From: a virus
Taxonomy: Duplodnaviria > Caudoviricetes
IMG/VR virus record: IMGVR_UViG_3300023170_002258
Coordinates: 1 to 52,480 of that record
Direction: 5' to 3' (one strand)
Length of the DNA: 52,480 nt
Shown: positions 45,835 through 52,480 of the stretch, piece after piece
Position numbering within the stretch: position 1 is the stretch's first letter
How the letters are laid out: each line of letters begins with the position of its first letter
The notes under the pieces: model-generated
What the model was told of the DNA's origin: nothing
Databases searched by the model: none
Seen by the model: the letters and a program-made list of their open reading frames with translations, nothing else
Made by a program: the position numbers and the translations under genes

Positions 45835-46734
45835 TTAAATTCTTATAATGGTGTTGATAATATCTTGGTCTTTTAGTGATTTTGTTACAATAATTTGTGT
45901 GCCAACAATTGTATAATCAAATATATTTTGAACCAAATCGCCATTTATGTAAACTTCTAATTTTTCCACTGGACTCATACTAGGAGCTGCTGGAATAGTA
46001 AATGTAGTTGTGGTTCCATCATATACAAACTTGTTAGTTAGTAATGTATTTTCATATTCTTTTACTAACTGCCTTTTATTACCTTCCGGAGTAAATGGTA
46101 AAAACTGTCTAGTTTCAGCATAGTATGCAAATCTTGCTCTTTTAAGTTCTTCTTGTGAATATAATGCAGTTTCGTTATTACTTCGCATTGCATGTATGCC
46201 TTGCGTTCTAAACCAACTACGAGGTTTATTTTTTCCGTAGTCTGCTAGTCGCAACATTGTTGCAGCTTTGATACACTGCTCTTTGTTGTATTTGCTTCTC
46301 ATCATCATACTAGCAACTGTGTTCCAGTCTTTATCTATAATATACTGTCTCATATCATAAGTTGTTTCGTTTGCGTATACAAAATGAATTTTGTTTACTG
46401 CCCAAAAGTAAAGCATAAGACCGTCATAAACACACTGCGGTAGTTCTGTTATGCCATATGATTTTAATTGTCGTCTATAGACTTGTAATTGTTTTTCAAA
46501 TTGATCAATCCATACATTGTATGCTTCTTGTTCTGTAATACCACGACTAACTGCGCCTTCACCGTAGCCAAAGCCGTCATAGCCAACGTACTTGCCAAAG
46601 TTTAGTGCAGCAAGTTTTCCCAGATCAGAAATTTCTATTGTTTCAATAGCAAGTTCAGTATTAAAACTAGCTTCGTCTAATACTGTAAAATCTGTCCATA
46701 TAGTTTTATATTGATTTTCAATAGTAGTTAACAT
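45835..46734 (-). CDS. Baseplate-associated protein with degenerate phage-lysozyme-like fold and C-terminal small beta domain
   Basis: GFGYG.....GITEQEA....LPQCVYDGL pattern matches the GH24 scaffold but E-x8-D is absent; the C-terminal DGTTTTFTI...VYING......DYTI domain recurs in the 3735-aa protein. Confidence 0.5.
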   Translation of the reverse strand: MLTTIENQYKTIWTDFTVLDEASFNTELAIETIEISDLGKLAALNFGKYVGYDGFGYGEGAVSRGITEQEAYNVWIDQFEKQLQVYRRQLKSYGITELPQCVYDGLMLYFWAVNKIHFVYANETTYDMRQYIIDKDWNTVASMMMRSKYNKEQCIKAATMLRLADYGKNKPRSWFRTQGIHAMRSNNETALYSQEELKRARFAYYAETRQFLPFTPEGNKRQLVKEYENTLLTNKFVYDGTTTTFTIPAAPSMSPVEKLEVYINGDLVQNIFDYTIVGTQIIVTKSLKDQDIINTIIRI

Positions 46735-48407
46735 TATACATTCCTACGTAAGTCATTTCTAGCTTCCATCATTACATCGCTTTTCCAACCTCGACGAGTT
46801 CGTGGATTTGAATTTCCTTCAAATGTACGAGCTTCTCCTACTAGGGCTATCGTAGCTAGACCAGGAGATCTATCATAATATAAGTTTGCATCTGGCACAG
46901 TGTTTGGTTGCCCTGGTGCTTGTGCAATTTGACCTAAACGTGAGCCTCGTCTGCCGCCTCTGCCGTTTTGTGGACCTTGTGTAGTTTGAATATCTATACT
47001 GTTTCTGTCTATATGTTGGTCAATGTATTGATCAGAGTAAATGCTTGCACGTTCTTTTTCTTCTTCTTTTTGTGCGTCTCGTCTAACATTGCTACCACCT
47101 CTGTATCCGCCTCTTGCTCCAGAACTACTTCCTAAGCTAAAGTCATTTTCGTCTGGATCTACAGGATCACTTTTTGCTTGTGCAGCAATTTTATCAGACT
47201 GTGCAGCGTGTCCTCCCCAAGGTTCGTGTTCTGGTACACGATTTGTTATTGATTCTTTTACTTCTCTGTTAACAGCTAAAGATCCTACTGTAGGTCTTGT
47301 AGCACACGTTGCAGGCGGTCCGTTTAAATCTATTAAGTCTGCTGTTGCTTTCATGTGTGGTCCTGCACGTAAGTGCATAACACTTTTTGTACACAGTTTC
47401 ATATCATCTTGTGCATATAACTGTATTTGATCAACAGTGGATTCCATTTTTATGCCGCCATCGCCACGTGCTCTTATATTAATAGTTTCAGCATCAACAT
47501 TAAATTCATCGCCTGCATAGAAGTTTATACTTTCCTTGGCATGCATACTAATGTTGCTTTCACTGAATACGTCAATGTTTCCATCTGGATCTATTTCAAC
47601 CCAGCCTGTTCCGTTTTGGTTAATAATATAAACAATACCTGCACTATCGTTTAAAAGTATTTGTGCACCACGACCACTGCGTAATCTAATTAAGTTGTTA
47701 TCACCATCTTTGCGGTTCTTATCTGGTACAAAGTTTGTACCTTTTTTATATGACTCGGTACCGTCATCTAATACTAAACTGTGGCCGCCTGGACTGTTAA
47801 ACCCGCTTACTCTACTAGGTGATTCACGTCTAGCACCACTACTAGAATGTCCTCTGTGTGCATCTAACCCAAGTCCTTGTATTGCAATACCTTGCGACAC
47901 TGGGTGCTTTCTTCTGGTGCCATCATGCTTTTTTGAAACGTGGTGATCATATGCACTTTGTACATCACCTTCTAATGTATCTGGACTTGCAGGATATCCG
48001 CCTTGCATAGCATTTCGATTAATATCAGGAAGTACGCCTAATAAAAAACCTTCTTGTTCAGCACCAGTAAATGCAACTAGTACTTCTGTACCCGGCGCAG
48101 GCGGAGTCCAAGTAGCACCGTAGTTATTACTTCCTAAATCGCCCTGAATAGTACCCCCAAATGGACTCATTTGTCTAACTTTGTGAAACTTATGTCTTTC
48201 TTCAATTGTATCTTTTTTGCTTATAATCTCAGATCCAACTATGTCTACCCAAATGTGTTGTTGATAACGTTCGTCTGCAAAATCGACAACTTTAGCAATA
48301 AACACGCCGTTAAGTTTTCGCATACCTTGACTATTTTCTCTATCATAAAAGTCTGGAATACCAATTGAACTGCGATTAGATCCTGTAAATTTATTTGCAT
48401 TTGCCAT
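46734..48407 (-). CDS. Baseplate central spike (gp5/VgrG-like) with low-complexity C-terminal extension
   Basis: OB-fold YGATWTPPAPGTEVLVAF, SPGGHSLVLDDG, IRLRSGRGAQILLND, beta-helix-like repeats, IDLNG, RVPEHEPWGGH. Confidence 0.8.
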   Translation of the reverse strand: MANANKFTGSNRSSIGIPDFYDRENSQGMRKLNGVFIAKVVDFADERYQQHIWVDIVGSEIISKKDTIEERHKFHKVRQMSPFGGTIQGDLGSNNYGATWTPPAPGTEVLVAFTGAEQEGFLLGVLPDINRNAMQGGYPASPDTLEGDVQSAYDHHVSKKHDGTRRKHPVSQGIAIQGLGLDAHRGHSSSGARRESPSRVSGFNSPGGHSLVLDDGTESYKKGTNFVPDKNRKDGDNNLIRLRSGRGAQILLNDSAGIVYIINQNGTGWVEIDPDGNIDVFSESNISMHAKESINFYAGDEFNVDAETINIRARGDGGIKMESTVDQIQLYAQDDMKLCTKSVMHLRAGPHMKATADLIDLNGPPATCATRPTVGSLAVNREVKESITNRVPEHEPWGGHAAQSDKIAAQAKSDPVDPDENDFSLGSSSGARGGYRGGSNVRRDAQKEEEKERASIYSDQYIDQHIDRNSIDIQTTQGPQNGRGGRRGSRLGQIAQAPGQPNTVPDANLYYDRSPGLATIALVGEARTFEGNSNPRTRRGWKSDVMMEARNDLRRNV

Positions 48408-48408
48408 T

Positions 48409-51048
48409 TTATCTCACGTAACCTCTCATTAATTCTTCGTACGTTAGTTGATTGTTTGTATTCGTATCTCTGTAAGACCTTAGAAGCATTGTAAATTCGC
48501 CGCCGTCATATCTTGCTTGTACTTGTAGTACTACGTACAATCCTGTAATTGTAAATTGACCAGTTGCTTCTCTACTACTTATACTGCCCATTAATCCCGA
48601 ATCCATGTCAGGATATGTTGGAAAGTTTAAATTTAAGAAATAATAAACTCCGCCGGTCATGTACTCAGCACCATTTGATTGACCTAGCCAATAGGGATCT
48701 CCTCTTATGAAAATCTGCTGTTGCATTAAATCGCCGAGTGCATTTAAGTTTAGCTCCATTGCACCTAGCATACTAGATCCAATGTCGTCGTTTTTCTTTT
48801 CAGGTCCGCCGTTGGCAAGTGAATTCACCGGAGCGTATTCAAATCTTTGCGGTAAATCTTCTCTTTCATTTGATACATTATAGTTTCCACTTCCTGAGAA
48901 CAATTCACTTTGTGTAATATATTTGTTTTCTATAGGAGGAATTCTAGTAGAACGGCCAGAATATCCTTCACGTTGTTGTTTTAGTGCAGAGGCATATGCT
49001 TCTTCTGCTTCTTTTAAATCTATTTTAAGTTGTCTAAGTTTAGCACTTATTTCATCTTGTTGATTGCGTAATTCAGTTATACGTTTTCGTTGTCTTTGTC
49101 CTTCGAAATCTCTAGGATCAGTATTATTAGTTTGTATTTCAATATCTTTATTAATTCTTTTAAGTTGAAGTTCAGCTGCTGATATTTGCCCTTCTAATAA
49201 TGATGATTGATTTTTCTTTTCATTTGTTTCTTGTTGTCCTTCGAAACTACTACCAGTGAATACATCGGATGTATTTCGAAGTGCACCACTATTAAGTGCT
49301 TGAATAGCATAGTATGCTGTATCTAATTTTATATCTAAATCTAAAACTTCTGTGTTTAGACCAGTCAACATATAATCAAATCTCTTTTTGAGTAATCCTT
49401 TTTCAAATATGTTAGCAAGCCTGTCTTGTTGAAGATCTTTACTTACATGAAGTCGTTTGAAACTAACTGGATCATGAATTAGCGTTGGCGCAATTATCGA
49501 ATCGGCACTGTATGTAATTTCTTTTTTATACTGTTTTGCAACAGCGTCATACATAAAATATTTTATATCAGTGTTGAACGAAACCCATTTTGTTAGTTCA
49601 GCTAGCTTAACAGGATCTGCTTCTCCTTCATCAGGGTCATTTTTTATAAACTGACCTTTGTCAGTTAATATTTGTTTAAATTCTCTAGTTTGGAATAACG
49701 CTGTAGCAATCGCTGCATTTAGTGCTGTACCTTGCGGCAAAGTAAATTTTAAAGTACCGTCTCCTGTTACACTAATACCACGAGTTTGCGATAGTGCTTC
49801 AGTATTAACTTGGTCAAACTTCCAATTAGCCCATTCTTCGGTTGTCTTAAAGAAATATCTATCACGTTCAACTTGTCCTTTATTTCTTGCTAATTGTTCT
49901 TCTAATTGTTCGTTGTGTCTTGTTTCAAGTTCTTTTAAAAAATCTCCAAATGTTGTAACATTATTAATATGAAGTTCTTCTTTTATATGTAACTCTAATC
50001 TGTTAAATGCTTCGGTTTTTGTTTCAATAAAATTTCCGTAATATGTACTTACTCCGTCTTTAAAATCAAAAGTTATTCCGGTACAAGTAGTTGAATAATA
50101 GAACGGTCCTGGACCGCTTACAGCTCTGTCACCTACCCAGCCTTTGAATTCCAACTTCATAATATAACAAGCAAGTAAGTGATTTTCTATACCTAATCTT
50201 TGTGCAGCTTCAACAATTCTATTGAATAATGTAAAACCGCCAGGTTCTACAAATGTAACTGCAAAGGTGTTAGCCGCTGCATTTCTATTTTCTTGTTCAA
50301 AACTTAATACTAAATCTTGTATAACTGATTGTAAACTAACTTCATCGTCTACACCAGTTTGACTTATGATAATAGAGTCGTCACCGTCAGCTATTTCTGC
50401 TAGGCGATCTTGTTCCATTTTCAGCGGATGTACCATGTATATAGTCCATTGATATGAAAATGTATCATACTGATTAAGAGGATTAGATATATAATGACTT
50501 GTACCTGCCGGACGTCTACTTCTGCCAGGTTCTTTACCTGCTTTTGTTTCATCTGTTACGTCTTCACCTGCGCCGCCGAATGCGTCTAAGTCAGATGTTT
50601 CAGCTTCTTCAGAACTTGCAGCAAGACCACCATTTAAGAATATTGCTTGTTCTTCTTTACGTCTGTTAAATAAACCTTGTGAAAATTCACCGCCTGCTTT
50701 GTTGTATTCCAACATTTTTTGAGCAATTTGTGATTTTGATCTAGTACCGTTTGCTGTTAACTGATCAATACTGCCTATGTTATATGCAAAACTAGTAAGT
50801 GCGTCTCGTTCTTGCGGCGTCCAGTTATATCTACTGTCGTACTTGTCTACTCTTTCCCGATATACAGAAAGTTGTTGTTTAAATAAATCATATGCTTGAT
50901 CTCGTGTGACTTGCATATTAGGTTTATTGTTAGGGTCTGTACTACCTGCATAAGAACCATGACCTATACTCCATTGTTGGACGTCCCAATACGGATCTGC
51001 ACTAAATCCTTCTTTTCTAATAATGTAGTCGATTATATCTTCAGCCAT
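48409..51048 (-). CDS. Baseplate hub-like protein with N-terminal GH24 (phage lysozyme) domain
   Basis: EGFSADPYWD...SIGHG, DALTSFAYNIG, GLFNRRKEE..IF in the first ~140 aa; C-terminal IRGDPYWL and TGLYVV..V.....G.FT.L hub-like motifs; located between the gp53-like gene and the spike. Confidence 0.78.
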   Translation of the reverse strand: MAEDIIDYIIRKEGFSADPYWDVQQWSIGHGSYAGSTDPNNKPNMQVTRDQAYDLFKQQLSVYRERVDKYDSRYNWTPQERDALTSFAYNIGSIDQLTANGTRSKSQIAQKMLEYNKAGGEFSQGLFNRRKEEQAIFLNGGLAASSEEAETSDLDAFGGAGEDVTDETKAGKEPGRSRRPAGTSHYISNPLNQYDTFSYQWTIYMVHPLKMEQDRLAEIADGDDSIIISQTGVDDEVSLQSVIQDLVLSFEQENRNAAANTFAVTFVEPGGFTLFNRIVEAAQRLGIENHLLACYIMKLEFKGWVGDRAVSGPGPFYYSTTCTGITFDFKDGVSTYYGNFIETKTEAFNRLELHIKEELHINNVTTFGDFLKELETRHNEQLEEQLARNKGQVERDRYFFKTTEEWANWKFDQVNTEALSQTRGISVTGDGTLKFTLPQGTALNAAIATALFQTREFKQILTDKGQFIKNDPDEGEADPVKLAELTKWVSFNTDIKYFMYDAVAKQYKKEITYSADSIIAPTLIHDPVSFKRLHVSKDLQQDRLANIFEKGLLKKRFDYMLTGLNTEVLDLDIKLDTAYYAIQALNSGALRNTSDVFTGSSFEGQQETNEKKNQSSLLEGQISAAELQLKRINKDIEIQTNNTDPRDFEGQRQRKRITELRNQQDEISAKLRQLKIDLKEAEEAYASALKQQREGYSGRSTRIPPIENKYITQSELFSGSGNYNVSNEREDLPQRFEYAPVNSLANGGPEKKNDDIGSSMLGAMELNLNALGDLMQQQIFIRGDPYWLGQSNGAEYMTGGVYYFLNLNFPTYPDMDSGLMGSISSREATGQFTITGLYVVLQVQARYDGGEFTMLLRSYRDTNTNNQLTYEELMRGYVR

Positions 51049-51350
51049 TAACGACTCCCGGTATTACGGAAAGATACAGGAACAACGATTTCTAATCCTG
51101 CTACAAAATCGTTTAATGGATCTTTAAGTTCTTCTCTATTATAATGTGCAATAACCCACCATAAGTTTGCATTACCAAACAAATCATATGCTAACAAATC
51201 AGGACGTCTGTCATACTTTGGTTCAACTTTCATAGTTCTCGTTTCAGGACTCAATGAGTCGATTGTTAATTTAGGATTATATATTTCTAAATATTTACGA
51301 TTTAAACTAGTTTTAGAATAGTTACTGTTATCTTTATAATTTATTTTCAT
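51048..51350 (-). CDS. Baseplate wedge protein, gp53-like (LysM-like)
   Basis: RPDLLAYDLFG...LWWVIA.YN...DP..DF..G..I.VP. Confidence 0.85.
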   Translation of the reverse strand: MKINYKDNSNYSKTSLNRKYLEIYNPKLTIDSLSPETRTMKVEPKYDRRPDLLAYDLFGNANLWWVIAHYNREELKDPLNDFVAGLEIVVPVSFRNTGSR

Positions 51351-51946
51351 TAGATAAATCCTTCACCGTACAAGCTACCATTTAAAAATCCATGTTTACT
51401 AAACACTTGCTTTTGCCTGTCAGGATTTTGTTGCTGCATCAAGTCTATTGAAATAGTCTGTAATACTGGAACACTTTGACCATTTATTTCTACTAGATCA
51501 ACACCACTGTCATATGTTGTTGCAAAGTTTCCTACTATTACAGGAATTCTATTAAATTGCTGACTACCGAATGCACTAAATCTTAACACAGGCGGGGGAG
51601 TGCCAGCACTAGGATTAGCTTTTATATCTTTAGTACCATAGTACATTTTAGTAACACTACGTAAAAAATGTATCACTCCTAACACATATGCTAGTTCTTC
51701 TCGGGTAGTTTGTGCAAACTGTGCAGTAACTTGAATTTGAGCACTAGGTGTGTTTCTATAACTATGATACGAATAATTTGTATGAACTAAGTCGTATGTA
51801 TTATAGTTTACACTTTGTTGGTATGAAATATCAGGCTGATTAGGAAATAATATTCCTCTATTAGTTGTCAATGATACTGCAGGTCCTTGACAGTATAAAT
51901 CAGGTCTGCCTGTTTCTAATCTAGCTCTGTTATCACTGATCGCCAT
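51350..51946 (-). CDS. Putative tail-tube initiator/baseplate tube-like protein (gp48/gp54-like)
   Basis: YNTYDLVHTNY, FLRSVTKMYYG, GTPPPVLRFSAFG...IPVIV..F pattern; position directly before the gp53-like gene. Confidence 0.65.
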   Translation of the reverse strand: MAISDNRARLETGRPDLYCQGPAVSLTTNRGILFPNQPDISYQQSVNYNTYDLVHTNYSYHSYRNTPSAQIQVTAQFAQTTREELAYVLGVIHFLRSVTKMYYGTKDIKANPSAGTPPPVLRFSAFGSQQFNRIPVIVGNFATTYDSGVDLVEINGQSVPVLQTISIDLMQQQNPDRQKQVFSKHGFLNGSLYGEGFI

Positions 51947-52480
51947 TTAACTTATCCAATACAAATTCAAATACTTCTGGATTGAATGCACCAAAGAAAT
52001 CTTTAAACACACGTTGCTTTTCTGCTGCTTCTAAATCCATACGCATAGCATTACGGAATGTAGTTGCACTGCGTCCATCATCTTTAACAGGAACAGTGTA
52101 AATGTATCCTGCTTCATCACCTGTTGTTAGCGTTTCACCGTCTTTGTACATTCTGAGATAGCCACCGGTTTTTAAACGTCCAGCATCTTTTTCACTAAAC
52201 ACAAGTAAGATAGCAGTGTTAGAAGGATCTTTTCCTGTTAAACTTACATCTGGTTTGTAAGGCTGTGTGTTTAAAACTTTGTCAGCTGGTATATTAAACA
52301 TTTTGTTTGCAATCATTTTCTTTTCATCAAATGTAAATGGGTCTTTGTCGGGCGTTGCAGTTTTACTAACTGTAGTAGCGATAAATACGTTATCGGAACC
52401 AAACTTACGAACAAGGTCCATATATACTTGAAAATGTCCACTATGCATAGGCTGAAATCTACCGCCGTAAAATACAGCAA
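51933..52480 (-). CDS. HxGH-superfamily nucleotidyltransferase (5' end truncated by window edge)
   Basis: The frame stays open to the window edge, reading ...AVFYGGRFQPMHSGHF; also KDPFTFDEK and SATTFR motifs. Confidence 0.8.
   Translation of the reverse strand, partial: AVFYGGRFQPMHSGHFQVYMDLVRKFGSDNVFIATTVSKTATPDKDPFTFDEKKMIANKMFNIPADKVLNTQPYKPDVSLTGKDPSNTAILLVFSEKDAGRLKTGGYLRMYKDGETLTTGDEAGYIYTVPVKDDGRSATTFRNAMRMDLEAAEKQRVFKDFFGAFNPEVFEFVLDKLNGDQ

Noticed and set aside
45810-45835. Inverted repeat ATAAATTAT-N8-ATAATTTAT between the 299-aa gene and the gp25-like gene
   Set aside because: The stem is A/T-only in an AT-rich genome, too weak to call a terminator, and may be chance.
186-49972. 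Numerous short ORFs in the track (60-150 aa) antisense to or nested in the long genes, e.g. 361..711, 4048..4434, 22965..23315, 42975..43427, 47041..47430
   Set aside because: They overlap well-supported genes, show no recognisable motifs and are expected as shadow ORFs.
1-52480. Stop-codon reassignment, as seen in some large phages
   Set aside because: Standard-code ORFs tile the window almost without gaps, and TAA, TAG and TGA all end genes at sensible positions.
1-52480. tRNA, rRNA, CRISPR array, integrase/transposase, intron or intein
   Set aside because: The largest intergenic gap is 66 nt; I saw no spaced repeats, cloverleaf or splicing/homing motifs by eye. A covariance-model or intein search was not run.

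Overview
The window is an AT-rich, gene-dense segment of a large (jumbo-type) contractile-tailed phage, read almost entirely on the minus strand with the standard genetic code. The right half (27950-52480) is a tail/baseplate module: an HxGH nucleotidyltransferase (partial), a tube-initiator-like gene, a gp53-like gene, a hub fused to a lysozyme, a gp5/VgrG-like spike, a degenerate lysozyme-fold protein, gp25- and gp6-like wedge genes, a 3735-aa wedge protein and three fibre/baseplate-associated genes. Directly downstream (1-27883, running off the left edge) is a ~28-kb small-molecule/glycan biosynthetic island. It holds several GT-A-like glycosyltransferases, nucleotidyltransferases, seven tandem radical SAM genes (five with an N-terminal Twitch/SPASM module, one with a C-terminal Cys module, one B12-dependent), two sulfotransferase-like fusions, an NDP-sugar dehydrogenase, a sugar C-methyltransferase, an Fcl-like SDR lacking the catalytic Tyr, a DegT aminotransferase fusion, an epimerase, a cupin, an isochorismatase-like hydrolase and an O-carbamoyltransferase. 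T4-late-like (A)TAAATA boxes lie in the four largest intergenic gaps, including one perfectly palindromic bidirectional box. The best candidate for an undescribed system is a late-expressed, radical-SAM-rich virion (or host-surface) glycan decoration pathway coupled to the baseplate genes. All product calls come from motif recognition by eye; no database searches were run.
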